Assembly: GCA_013265495.1 (NCBI GenBank)
Contig: MU058221.1
Span: 3,846,001 to 3,910,000, forward strand
Direction: 5' to 3'
DNA: 64,000 nt
Source of the DNA: Vicugna vicugna
Taxonomy: Eukaryota
Shown: piece by piece, positions 1-13,502 of the stretch
Layout: every line of letters begins with the position of its first letter
Numbering within the stretch: the stretch's first letter is position 1
The notes under the pieces: model-generated
Seen by the model: the letters and a program-made list of their open reading frames with translations, nothing else
What the model was told of the DNA's origin: nothing
Databases searched by the model: none
Made by a program: the position numbers and the translations under genes

Positions 1-940
1 TGTAAACCTTCCTGCTTCCTCCCGTGGGATTTCTGTCATAACACTCCTCTTCTCCAGCTCTACTGCCTCATGGAGTTTAGGACTCACTTGAACAATGTTT
101 CATGTCACGGCCAGAGGGTAGCTCCAGACGAAAGACTTACATCCGAGCTGTAACGCAGCTTCTCCAGATACCAACGAGAAACGTAGTGTAAGTTCATGCA
201 CCGTGTTCTAAAGAATTCTCCGAAGGTACATGCTTTTAAAGTTATCTGTTCTCTTTCTATTATGTTTATGATTTATATTATTAAACCTTTTGAAGAGCCC
301 TCGATTAAAGTTCAGAAGCTTCTATGAAGAAAGCTCAAGTTAAACACCTTAATGGGCATTTTTGGCAAAGTTTCAGAGCAAATATTCTGTTCAAAATAAG
401 ACAGTGTGTGAGCATGAAGAGATCGGGGTCTGAGAAGTAATGGGAGACTGGAGAACATTGAGGATGTACCCAGTGCTGTTCAAGCTGCTCCACTCTGTTG
501 ATCAAATCTGAGACATTGAATTGAAAATAACTATATATGTGTCATTAAAAAAGTGATTTTTGTGTTCACTGAATGATACTGGTGTCAAGTATGGAAATTT
601 TGTTACCAGGCACACAGCATGTAAGTACAGTGTCAAACATTGTTGGTTGTAATTTTAGACATTGTCGATGATTAAATTATGACCTATTTTTGGACTGAAA
701 AAGAGGAAAAATGAGTAAAAAGAAAGAGATCAGAATCAATAACATAACTCAAAATGTCTGATCAGAACATATGAATGACGGTTGAATATTTTCTTTTCTT
801 ATTTCCAGGTCATTTGAGACTTATTCTAGTGATAAACCTGCAGCCCAAGTAAATGCAAAGTTAGCTTCTTAGGACTAAAAAACCCACCATTTGTATAACA
901 TTTCTCAAAATTTCATCTTTACTAACTTTTTCTGGTAATC

Positions 941-1434
941 TGACTGGATAAATAGGTATGGTATATTTATACAATGGAATACTACTCTGCCATAAAAAAG
1001 AATAAAATACTGCCATTTGCAACAACATGGATGAATCTAGAGATTGTCATTCTAAGTGAAGTAAGCCAGAGAGAGAAAAAAAATACCATATGATATCACT
1101 CACACGTGGAATATAAAAAAAAAAAGACAAATGAACTTATTTATAAAACAGAAACAGACTCAAAAACAGAAAACAAACTTATGGTTACCAGTGGGATATG
1201 GGGTAGGAAGGGATAAATTGGGAGTTTGAGATTGGCAGATACTGACTGGTATATATAAAATAGATTAACAAGTTTATACTATACAGCACAGCAAACTATA
1301 TTTGATATCTTGTAGCAGCATATGGTGAAAAAGAATATGAAAACAAATATATGTATGACTGAAGCATTGTGCTGTACACCAGAAATTGATACAACATTGT
1401 ATATATATACTTCAATAAACAAAGTAAAAAAAAA
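941..1434 (+). mobile_element. 5'-truncated LINE-1 3' end (ORF2 C-terminus and 3' UTR), camelid/artiodactyl type
   Basis: Typical L1 3' motifs (TATACAATGGAATACTACTC...GCCATTTGCAACAACATGGATG...CTAAGTGAAGTAAGCCAG; CTTATGGTTACCA), AATAAA at 1414-1419 and an A-rich tail. Confidence 0.92.
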
Positions 1435-3208
1435 TCAAAAGCTTTAAAACTTACTGCTCAGGAACTGAGAGAAATATGGGATAACGGTGGAGAGAGAAAT
1501 TACTAGCGTGACAAGAGAGATCGCGTGCGTTTGGCTAACAGATTTAAGACATTTCACAAGCAGAAAGGTAAAACTCTTACAATAAGAAGCTGTGGTCAAG
1601 CTCAAGTTCTCATAACAGCCACCAATAAAATCCAAAGTGTGGTTATGCCTATGCCAATCCAAAGATAGCCTATGCCAATCGAGAGGGACTGCATGTAATC
1701 AACTTCTACCAGACTCGTTTAACTGCCAGGTGGCACATTTAAATGTTATTACCATTTTTCACACGGGTCAAATTAACTTAAATGAGTTGGCAATTACTGT
1801 AATAAGAATGACATTTTCAATTACTTTTCCGTATTTCACATAAACAGAAATGGGAAGCTGAAAATGTATGTCTGGCAGCTTTCGAGACAAGGAGTGAGTT
1901 TGTAGGGAGAAGATAAGGGAATCGGGGCAGGGGTGGAAGAGACACTTTCCCTAGAGAGCATGGAGCGGATGCCTCGTCTGTCTTTGAAAGGGCAGAGGAA
2001 TAAAGCAATAGAAGGAAAAGTATGTCTTTCTGTAAGATTATCTGGTGACATACGGCAGAGCTACGGAGAGAAAATGCTAAATGGATGATGGATGAACCAA
2101 TTAATAAATGACTGTCCATTCTGAATTGATTGACTAACATAAGTGTCCCATAAGAGTCAGTGGATCAATAGATTTTATTGCTCTATTTAATGAACTAACT
2201 CTAAGTTATGAAAAGAAAAAGAGGGAAACAGGATGTCTGATCGACACAGTGAATACTGCAATGATTTATTCACTTTTGCGCGTTTTCCTTGAACTCCACC
2301 TCAGTGCCAGGGCTCTCTAATTCCTGTTTGGTTAAAGAGGGAATTGATGTCCTATGCTGTCTAAAACCCTCTCAGAGAGTTCAGAACGTCTTCAGTTACG
2401 ATTCACACAGCATCATTTAGGGGGTATAAAAGCACGTATCGCAAAGGAGTATCATAACATCATCACCACAAGCTAAGAAGTCGGGGAGGCATAATGGAGA
2501 GTAGGGGAGGGTGGGCACTTAAGTAAGACAGTCAGGAAAGAAACAGGAGAAAGGTGGCTGATTTACACAAGAAAAGTTTTCCAGGCATTGTTTTCACTGA
2601 AAACCATTATTTTCAGTAAAGATGTCATCTAGAGAGATAATATTTTAAAATATAACAGATCATGGGAAGGGAGAATCATAGCAGAAAAAACGTTTGTACA
2701 ATTTTTAATTTGTTGAGGTTCATGAATAATTAATAACAATTATAGCAAAAATAATGAAGCTACATATTATGTGGATCTCTATGTGTGATCATAGATACAT
2801 ACATAACAGATCTGTGTGTTATATATATAGATAAAGATATAGATATGTATGTATTTCACAGGGGTATATGCAATTGGCATAAATATACATAAATATATGT
2901 ATATATAACATATGTAACAAAAGTATATTCATGCATATGTCTGTATAGAATATTTAAAGAGCATTGTACTATGTATTTTATTTACAGAGATGATCAAGGA
3001 TAGAGAATGTAAGTAAATTATTTTTAGGCAGAACATATTTGTAACAAATTAACTGTAGGAGAAGCCACGCTAAACTATGGGTAAATGGACCATTTGATGC
3101 AAATAAAGATATCAAGCAAGTGTAAGTTACAATTAATCAGCATGTTCCGTTATCTTAGTAGGAAACGTACGAGTGTTTGGAATTACGTCTTTACTAACGT
3201 GTTACCAG

Positions 3209-3642
3209 CAGGAATGGCTTCATAAAAAGAGACCCGTGTCACAGAGGGAGGGCCCGTGCTTGAGGTTTAATGCTCTGTGGGTGCTGATTGGAAATGCTTG
3301 ACAATTTTATCTCTTAGCTTAAGTGGGACGATATATTCCTGGCTGCCTGTTTCTTGACTCTGCCCAGCGCTGGGTGCAGACTCCCCCCACCCCCGGGGGC
3401 TTGGGCACAGTGAAGAAAGGAAGCCCTGAGCCCCCACCTATCCACAGAGCGGGACTCAGGGTGCCTGCGAGTTTCTGCACTCAACCCATGAGTGTCCCCA
3501 TGCCCAAGGGCGAGCAAGAATGAATAGAAATGCAGAGCATCAGGGGAGGCCAAGAAAGAACACACTTGCCTTCCACTTAAAAGAAAAGAATCCTGGCATT
3601 TTTATTTTGCACTCAGTCCCACAAAATGCATGCCCGGGCCCG
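3209..3642 (+). mobile_element. MER45-family (hAT-Tip100) non-autonomous DNA transposon
   Basis: Both termini resemble the recalled MER45 ends (GGGCCCGTGCTTGAGGTTTAATGCTCTG... and GCATTTTTATTTTGCACTCAGTCCCACAAAAT...GGCCC); possible degenerate 8-bp TSD GTTACCAG/GCCACTAG. Confidence 0.72.
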
Positions 3643-4749
3643 GCCACTAGTGATGATCAACCTTTGAGAATGCCCCCTTCTCTTGACAGTAAAAGACAGT
3701 CTTATTTTCTTCTCGTCCAACGCCAGCCTCCTGTGAGCTTCTCCTCCACGCGAGGGGCTTGAGGCGTCCAGATACCAGCCACACTTTCCATGTCTGACGC
3801 AGCTTTCTTGCACTGGCCATTTGCTTTCTCAGGTATTTAATTTGTTGTTTTAGTTGTTAGGATTTTTCCCCAATGGAAATTGGGGGACAACTGGCAAAGG
3901 GAAAAGGAAAATCATTCCCACCACTTTGCTGAAAATGCAGACCAGGACTGATGCACCATTGTGAAATTCTAATTTTCCAAGCTAGGGAGACATTCTTTGT
4001 AAAAAGCCTTGGAGAATCTGAGAAATGGGCACAAACAAATGGGAAGAAACTGAGATTGTAGTGTGTTGTTTAACATGTGGACTGAGTGACTTAAGTCTAG
4101 CCTGCATGAAATCATTAGAGCAGAAGAGCAATCCCTGGATGAGAAGAAACAATATTCTTAGATGCTTTTCACTGATATATGTTGGTGACAGGTGAATAAT
4201 ATTTTTAAAGCCTCATCTCATGTGTATGTGGTTTTCTCATTTACTTTGAAACATTGTTTTGTGTTAGAATTCTTTTGGCAGCTTAGCAAATCTTTGGGGG
4301 GAATTGAGTTTAACTCCTCTTTTTACTAATTTTTTTTAACTACTTTAATTTTTGCTTTTCAGTTTTAGTATATGCATTGCGGCTGAAGTGAGCGGGAATT
4401 TTGGTTTTCAGTTTAAAATAGAAAACTTGCACCAGAAGTGTCACCGTGAATGTTGGTAGATTTGAGAGGAGATTAGCGAGAGTCAGGATAAAAATTATAT
4501 TAAGGGCTGTAGTGTACAAAATTGGAGTAATGCTAACATTGGGGTAAGATTGGATCTATCTGATGCAAAATGTTGATGGCTGGTGGTTGGAATATATGAA
4601 TAGATTTTTATTGCCTTTATTTTTCTGCCATCATGGGAGATCATCTAGACTCCTGAAGGACTCATTAATAGCAACTAATATGTCTTTGTCAAGACAACCA
4701 AAATTGGACCTGTTAGCTTCCTCATTAAAAAAAAAAAAAAGACTCTTTT

Positions 4750-4855
4750 CAGAAGACCCTAAAACCAAAACCAGGAAGCCAAGAATCTAGTTTTTCCTCT
4801 GCCTACAAATGCTATTTGACTTTGAGTAAGATAACTGGCTTCTTCTGGGCTTATA
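4750..4855 (+). mobile_element. MIR SINE fragment
   Basis: Degenerate MIR core (CTCTGCCTACAAATGCTATTTGACTTTGAGTAAG...TCTGGGC). Confidence 0.45.
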
Positions 4856-6128
4856 AGTATAAACATTGTTGAAAACACAAAAAGCTCACCAAATAAATGC
4901 AGAAACTTTTATCTCGAGCAATGATCCTGGACTGCTCAATCCGTTTGCTCTGACTATTCTGACAAATAGTCATCCAGGCAGAGCACATTCTTTCTGTGCT
5001 GCCACATTATTATTAGCTCAACGTCATTGATTGTTTTAATTTTTCAAGCAGGTTCGATGCCATGACTCAATGTAACTTGACTGAATTCACTTTGGGTATA
5101 ATTACGAATCAGTGATTAGAAACTCGTAAAGGTTCTATAAAGAACGGAAAACACTGATGTACTGGATGAACTGTGTAATGTGGAAACCCCTAAGACAGAG
5201 CATCGTAGGGTTTTGGAACATGAGCAGGAAATTAGGGAAGAGCTGAGTTTTAAAAGCAAAACAGTACCTGCCATTTGTGTGGGTATTAAGTAGGTTATGA
5301 AAACTCTTTAGCTTTATCTCAATCTGAGAAGAAGGAGGCAGCCTTTGCCCCTTCCGTGTATGATGAGAAAGGAAAACAGTTACTTTCCTCGCCAATTTCC
5401 CTCGATCGTCCTACATCTGAATTATTTCACTGTATCATTTACTCAGATTTTCCTTTGCAATTATAAATAATAGATTTTAAATCTTGATTAACCAACATAA
5501 AATAGATTTTACTGACCACTAGAAAAATGAGAAAGTTAACTAATTCGCGTTTTTTTCTCACATGTTCCATCCACCTAAATTTGTTAGTTACATTTCTAAT
5601 CTCAATTGTCAAAATGTGTAACATTTAATTTCTCTGTTTCTGTTTCCCATGGTTCTTTAGAATCTTAGCTCTGTTTTTCAGTGAATTTAATGCTTACCAC
5701 TAGTCAGTTTAAATAGGGTTCTCTAATAATTTTTCAGAGTCTCTATAAATCACTTATCAGGGCTTCACATCATTTGTTTTGTTTTATTTTTCCCCGAAGG
5801 CCTCGTGAAAATTATAATTAAGAATCCTCATCCTTCCCATGTTGCAGCTCTCAGTTTTTCACCTTTAAAAATGAATAAAAAATTCAAGCCATAACATACT
5901 TAGTTAACACATTCTTTCCCTTACCATTGTGAAAAATACTACAAAAAACTTTTGTTATTGGGTGTTCACGCAGAGAAGCCTAAAGCCAGACTTGTAATTC
6001 CCTGTTACACAGTTCACTCAAGAAGGGATTTTAAAGCAAAAACCCAGGGGACCAACCCATAAGGGCATCAATTGAGAAAGCTGTCAAAAAGGTGCTACCA
6101 AGAAGTGTGCCAGGCTCAGATCCGAACA

Positions 6129-6424
6129 TTTTTTTGAAGCATCGTTGATTTACAATACTGTGTTAATTTCACATATACAGACAGTGCTTCAGTTCTGTGT
6201 GTGTATCTTCTTTCTTTATTCTTTGCCACTGCAAGTTATAACAAGATGTTGAACATGGTTCCCTGCGCTGTACAGTAAGTCCTTGTTGCTTGTCTATTTT
6301 ATATACGGTGGTTTGCATCTGTTAATCCGACTCCTAATGTATGTCCCTCCTTCCCCTTTGGTAACCATAAGTCTGTTTCCTATCACTGTGAGCCTGTATC
6401 TGTTTTGTAAATAAGTTCACTTGT
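6129..6424 (-). mobile_element. LINE-1 3' UTR fragment
   Basis: Poly-T followed by reverse-complement L1 3' UTR (GTTGATTTACAATACTGTGTTAATTTC...GTTCCCTGCGCTGTACAGTA...CCCCTTTGGTAACCATAAG); GAACATTTT/GAATATTTT flanks resemble a TSD. Confidence 0.9.
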
Positions 6425-8269
6425 CAGAATATTTTTATAGTTTTATTCGTTAATTATTCAAGGGGAAAAAAACTACCTTTATCGAGGACTTATAAAAGAC
6501 AATAAACTTCTAAATTCTCTTTAGGAAGAAATAATTATATTGAAAAGAATAACCAAGCTATAGTAAAATATGGGTATCACTGAAAAGAGCCTAGAAAACT
6601 ATACTGGTAAATCTAATATTTTCCAGAATAATGAAGCATGAGTGAGCTTTGTGGAAAGGGGACAATTTTATGGAATGTATTTTTCACAGTCTTAGTAATA
6701 GAGCTGTGTACTCTCAGTGTCCTAAGTGTTAATGGTAACTTTACTAATTAAAACTGATAACAAAAAAGGCTACACATTAAAATCATGGACCACAGCTGCT
6801 GTAGCACTGAAAATGAGGTTTAGAAACAATGCTGAAAATAATACCCAATACTGTCATATTGTAAAGGAGACATAACTAAAGACACACTTGTGATTAAAAA
6901 AATGAGATCATCATAGTAAAGAATGAGATTTTTAAAAACTGTAGTACTTTGAAAGAAGGAGACGGTCTTCCTCTGTTCTGAAACTGATTCCTTGGAAGAA
7001 TTAAATAGCATGTCACTGGATACCATTGTGAGAGTGAATAACTGTAACTTACCTTCCACTTGCAAACTTTAGAGACTTCTTCAACCAGGAGAGGAGTGTG
7101 ACATTACTGCGAGCTTTCACTGTGAACTGGACTCAGACTGGAACTCCATGAATTTCCATAATTTGTACCTTGCTTTTGTTCAGAACTGGAAAGCACTCTT
7201 GATAAACATCCTGATTGAAAATGAAGTCGATTTTAAGAGGCAAGGGCATTTGTTTGGGGGCCTCGTAACTTGATTTTCCATAACTTAATTTTCCATAACT
7301 GAACATTTACAAAATCCCACCAGGTTGGAATAATAAAATGTATTTGTGATGGATTACCATCAGTGAGTTAATATACCAACGAATGATTAATTTAAGAACG
7401 CACAGACCAAACCCTTAACTCCTTTACAGAGAAGGCAGCAGCTTCCGGCATGCAGTTGCACTGCATCGCTGTGTGCATGCTCCAGGTCTGGCTCGAGTAA
7501 GGCTGCCACCGGCAATCACTTTTGGAAGAACCTCAGAGATTCCTTTTAAGATGATGTGACTCTGGGCAATATATTCTTCTCTCTTCCACAATCTTTATGC
7601 TGGAAGACTGAGCTCAAAACTGGGAAGAGGTCAACAGAGCTCCTGGTTTGACCCAATACTGTGATATAAAGTCTCCCCCCAGCCCTGCTCTGAGTCCAGT
7701 CAGTGGCGGAGTGAATGCATGTTGTAAGGGGCCAACGCTCAAGAGCCTGCCTCTGTTGACTTTGGGAGAACTGACTATGCTGGTGCTCAGGCAAAATATT
7801 GATTGAGAAATACTGTAAACTCTGCCTTCATGGTTGAGATAAAAGGGGTTTTGGTCTGAGGGAGCCCCCATCTCAGTGTTCAGGATGTATGAAACTAACA
7901 ATGTGTGATTTCACTCTGTGAGAACGCCGCTGATTTTATGAGTCCACAAAAATGAAATGAGATTCATCTTGTGTTGATTTAGTTGGCTGCAGGATGCCCC
8001 TGACCTCAAGCCATGCCACCTGCTCACTATTCTAGGGAGCTTACCCATTTCTTTGTTACCCACCATTCCGAATCCAAAATACACCCCTCCTTCAGTTCTC
8101 ACGATGAAATGACACATCCTTTACAAAGATGCAAAAAATATTTTTCGTTGCTCTTCCGTTAGAAACTGTGTTGTGTTACTTGGTGGCAATTTATTTTCCT
8201 ACTGTTTGCGAGAAATTTTAAGAAACTGACACAGTTAATCGCTTGGGGTGAGAAGGGTGATCCCTGGAG

Positions 8270-8480
8270 CAGAGGGACGTGTTGAATCCCGGCTCAGTAA
8301 CTTATCCACGCGTATTCCTAGCAAATCACTTACTTTCTTTAGAGCCTCAGTTTTTGTTTGTGTTTTTTTCTTTTGAAAAACATGAGGCTAACAACAGTAT
8401 CTAGGTCACAAGCTTCTGGAAGTTAAATGTTACAATATATGTAAAACAAATAGATGTTCTGACACAACAGAGATCTGCTG
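8270..8480 (+). mobile_element. MIR SINE
   Basis: TGAATCCCGGCTC...GCAAATCACTTAC...GAGCCTCAGTTT...ATATATGTAAAAC. Confidence 0.7.
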
Positions 8481-11400
8481 TCGTGGCTGTGGTCATTTTC
8501 ATTAACAATTGCTCACAATCACTGTCTAAATTAAATTCAAATTATCATCAGTAAACAACCTATTTGCATAATTAAAAAGTTGAAAATGGGATGTTGATCT
8601 AGAATGTATAAAAATACATACTTAAAATTCAAAAGTGTTAAACGTATAAAAGTCCACGTGAATCATTCTATTAAAAAAAAAAAATCCCGAAGCGTTTCAC
8701 TACCCTTTTACCTCTGATTCATATATTGTAAAGCTGACTTTTTTCACATTCTGGGCAGGCCACATGCCGCTCCTTTCATCTTAGCCGTTTCACACCATTA
8801 CGTTTCATTACACACTAAGATGTGTCAAATAGGAGAACACTTCACTGACTTGCTGATGAAAATTTAACGTGTCATTTATATACCTATTTCCAGCTTTTAA
8901 AATGGTTTCCCAGGCTGAAATAACATGGTAAATAAATGTGATGCCGCTATGAGCTTTGAAGTTTTAAAAAGAAAAAAAAAAAGGAACAGAGTGGCCATTC
9001 AAAACTATTATTGATGCTTGCAAGCCATATGTCTTAATTTGCAGAAGGCTTGGCTGTGGGAAGCTGTCTAGCCAGAGTGGTTTGAAGGACATGGGAAAAA
9101 AAAAAATGTCTGGCTCAAAATTTTCAACTTATGGACTTGCAATTACACCGTGTTTTGGTTTTCTGGAACTCCATATGAAGATTCAAATTTCAGTGCGTTA
9201 GATAAAATTTTCCTTTTCAACCAAATAAGCTTATTGGTTGGCAACTGAGCAATATTTAATAGGAAAAGATATTCGAATTAGGTAGAGGTGAGACTCAGGA
9301 AAGTTCGAGGGGAAAAAAAATGGAAGAAAAAAGTAAGGAAAGAAATAGTAAATGTTGCTACAGCCCATCTTAATATTTTTACAATAAGAAAGTAATTAGG
9401 TACTTTGTTATTCAATTTTGGCCATTGTTACCAAGATTAACCAAAATCTGTCATTCAAGCAGTTGTTTTTTGTAAACTCCCTTGGAGGGGAGCTTTGAGG
9501 GGAGGTTCCCCGGTATCCATCTGATACTGGGGAATATCAGTCTGATACGGTTGTTTTGAGTATTGAGAATTATCGAAGAGACTCAGTTTTTTAATATCAG
9601 CTATAACAATTCCGTACGCATAATTCTCCTACCTCCAAACCTGGCCTGATGCTCAACGAGCACATGTGTTTGTTGATGTTTTAGAGGAAATAAAATGCCA
9701 TGGACGCAGTCTGGCAAGTTTTTAGCACAAGTTTTGTCGTATCTTTTCACCAGGCTGCAAATTGGCCCCTGTGCTGAAAAGTTGGAGAGCACGTGTCTGC
9801 AGAAGCAGCTCTTCCTGACAGCAGGGGTCTGGATAAGCACCCGGCTCCCTTGCCTTTGGCTGGGATAGCTCCGACTCATGCTTTACACACAGGTGACTCA
9901 GGGCTCGTTAGTTTCCTACCCCAGTAACTTTTAGATAATGGACACTTTACGGTAATCCAGCCCCCTCCATCTCATGCCCGTCCTGTGCTTCCAAGAATTA
10001 CTGCCAAGCACGCCACTTGCAAACCCACCTCCTTGCTTCACGTCTGCTTTGGGGGAACGCAGATATCACACCTGTCCTTATTTCTAAGTCAGAACACCCG
10101 GGATGGAATTTCCAAAAGAATAAGTGTTAGAGTTGTTTTAAATTAAAAAAAGAGAGCAATTATTCTGTAGTCATGATTGTTTTAGGATGTACTTCATGGA
10201 AGAGCAGGAATGTCTGAAGATCTGTGAGTGTCGGTCCGGTAGGAGCAAAGCTTGGAGGCTGAGACACTGAAAAGGGTCTAAGTGACTTTCTGTTCCTGCG
10301 TGCTCAGCTCTCATTCTAAGGTGAAGAGAGAAACCGCCTCACACTTGACAATCCTTGATCCTGTCACAGGCGACTGTTGATGTGTTCACAGAGCAAACTC
10401 ATGGATTTTAATGACTGTTCCTAAAGTACAGTCAGCTTTTTTTTTTTAACATTTCTTTTTAATAGGCGTAATTGAGAGTTTCTCGAACTTGAGAAATTAT
10501 AAACTTCTGAGACTCTCATTGTAGACTTCCAGGCCTGTACGAGCACCAATGTGAGGAACATGGCATGAAAAATTTAAAAGCTTCCCTATAAATGATGATG
10601 ACCAAACATCATAAAATCTAAAAGCATATAGAGGCAATGCAAGTGAAGTACTGACCACTTACGTATACTGTGGTAATACAAATTATTTAGAGTATGCTCA
10701 AATTACTATTGAAATGCAAATCCTCATTTAAAATGTCTTAGAAATTGCTTTATGCAACGACATATTTGTCAGCTACCAGAGTTCTTTATTTATGTCTTGG
10801 GTTAAGACACACTGAATTAAGGTTTTGTTTCCAAAATGCTGAATAGTCAATCCTCGTTGTTCAAATAGACTTTATTCATTGTGCAGGTGTGGTGTTCCTT
10901 TAGAAGATGCTAGATTAGGCAGGGAGGGAAGGTGCTTCCTTCAGAAGTCTCTCCTAGTGTTTGGGTTGGGTCTTCCCCTGGACGAGTTCTTGATACTGAC
11001 TCATTGAAAAGAGAAACGATCATTTACTTAACTAAGTACTTATGGGAAGTGTTTAATTTGAACTCCCAGAACATTTCAATTATGGATATTGCCATCTGTG
11101 ATCATGAGAGTCTAATTATTAACTATTAAAAGAACGCCATAGAATTCTATCTCCTTCTTTACACATACTTGGGCTACCTGAGTGGCCCAAGGAACTCTCT
11201 GGGAATATGCATTTGCACAGAACTAGTCATTCTAACTAGTAAGACTCTGTGTCCTAAACTCAGGGCCCAATGGCAAGCAAGCATGACAAAGAAGAAACCA
11301 TAAAAGGAAAGGAAAACCTTAGACTGTCCCCAGTGGGTGAAACCTTCTCATATTCAAAATTAATCTTGAACTAATAAGATGAGGTAAGCTGAAATGTTCA

Positions 11401-12744
11401 ATTCCAACTTTAACAATGTCTAGAAGAACTGTAAAGTGTTTTCATTTTACTAGAAGTAGGACTACAGAACACCGAAACATCTTACAAAAAAAGAATCTTA
11501 GAAGCCTTCGTTGTTTTTTTTTGTTGCTGTTGTTCGGTGAAATAAATGGAACCTTGTCGTCTTGCAATGATTAAAAGCAGAACGCTTTATCACTTTGTAG
11601 GCAGACATATGTAGAGGCTGCTCGCTGGACGAAGTCAATGGCTACGGAAGATTAATTCTCTGCTATAGGGTTGCTGATTTCCAGCTGGTAAAGAGATAAC
11701 TATGTGACATCATGATGAGGCCAGCACACCCAGAAGGAATTTTCCATTGTGGACACACTCGAAATTTGTATTTATGGATACAAGAGAATAGTTGAATTAA
11801 CAGGAAGAACTCTCTCTGCATGGTTAAACAAGTTGTTTTTCTTTTAGAGGATGAGTTACAAATCATGGGCACATAGAACTGTTTTGACTTCCTGTTAGTA
11901 TCTCAAAACAGTTAAGCCAGTTTCATCAATGCTATTTTAGGGTTGAATCTTACCTCTCTTGAAGTCTTTGTTAAACGATGAAGAGAGCCATTTCTTGCAT
12001 GTCCTTCAGCGAGGACAGCCCAACTTGCGCCTGTGTTTATCAGGCCGTTTAATAATTCACTGAGTGACTAATTATTTCCTTGGTCATCACTTACTTTCTA
12101 CTTCCTCCCTTCTCAGAGGAGCCCTTGATTTCATAGAGAGAAAGCAAAAATATGTTTTACATACCCATTTCTATTTATTTTCTCCAATTTAATTTTCTCT
12201 GTGTATTTGCACACATATTGACACTAATCTCCTTAAACTTTCTCTTTATAAGATAGTACTCCTGACCAGAAGTGTTCAACACTTTATTGAGTACAGGATA
12301 AAATACTTTAACTCTTATTTATCGCTTTCTAAATCCTGGCTTCAAACTACCTTTCCATCTTATCTCTCTACTACTTTCGAATACACCCTCTAAAATCCTC
12401 TTTCTCTCATAAAAACAATTATTCTTCTTGACACCAGAACAAATAACTGTTTGTGAAATGCAAGTTTGGATCCTCTCCTGCCTTATGTCACACCTCAAGA
12501 TTTCAAGATTCACCAGAAGTCCTTCTTTATAGCGGAATTTCACTAATATCTCCAGTGCATATTGAGCCCTCATACTTCTGAAATCATATAGAATTCAAAA
12601 ATTCATCTTGGCATTTACATTTTCCTAAATGCTCATAATAACTCTGCTATCTTCCTCATGAATGATAAATTTAAATTGGAGATCATGTCATGTACACATT
12701 TTCATAGTGTTCCTCTCTAAAGAAAGGAACCTTATCTTCAGCTA

Positions 12745-12972
12745 GAGGTTAGAGCACAGGTTGAGGCAGAAATTAAGCGCGTTTGTATTTTAGCTCCATC
12801 ATTTAGCGGTTCTTGCGGGGCACAACGTTCAGGCAAAATTATAAGTGTTTATAATGTTTATCTGTCCCATATGAATAATACCAAATGGGGCTTTGTGAAG
12901 GATCAGTGATACAAGGCAAAGCAAGTGCTTAGCTTAGCACTGTGTCCATCATAAACACTCAGCATTTAGCTC
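12745..12972 (+). mobile_element. MIR SINE
   Basis: GGTTAGAGCACAGG...TAGCTCCATC...TTGTGAAGGATCAGTGA...AAGTGCTTAGC. Confidence 0.55.
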
Positions 12973-12994
12973 TGTTGGTTGACAGATTGAGTAT

Positions 12995-13502
12995 TGTAAA
13001 AGCTATCCCTGCCGTATAACAAATTATCCCAAAATTTAGCATCTTAAAACAACAAATAATTATTACCTCACATAGTTTTTGAAGATCAGGAATACAAAAG
13101 TGGCTTAGACTCCATCTCAAGGTCTCTCACTCGTCACTGTCAAGATGTTGGTCAGGGCTGAAGTTATCTAAAATCCTGACCTGGGTCAGAGGATCAGCTT
13201 CCAAGATGGTGCACTCATGTGTCTGTTGGCAGGAGGGCTTCGGTTGTTTGCTGGCTCTTGGCAGAAGGCTTAGTCCCTCTTGTGACACTCCATGGGGTTG
13301 CTTCCCCCGGACCAGACAATCCAAAAAGAGAAAGACAGAATCCATACGTCCTTTTTTGACTTCTTTCTACAAATTTATGCTCTTTCGTATCGGCCGTATC
13401 TTATTGATTGCAAACATCGGTCCTATTCAGTGTCAGAGGGAGTTATGCAAAGGGTACGAAGGCAAGATTCCCTGAGACCATGTTGCAGGCTGGCTTTCCA
13501 TG
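12995..13502 (-). mobile_element. MaLR solo LTR, MLT1F-like
   Basis: Reverse-complement MLT1F-type sequence (TAACAAATTATCCCAAAATTTAGCATCTTAAAACAAC...GGATCAGCTTCCAAGATGG...CTGTTGGCAGG). Confidence 0.85.

Noticed and set aside
790..855. Strong acceptor (TTTTCTTATTTCCAG) with a 40-nt open stretch (SFETYSSDKPAAQ)
   Set aside because: The donor is weak (CAA|GTAAAT), the peptide is unrecognised and there are no partner exons.
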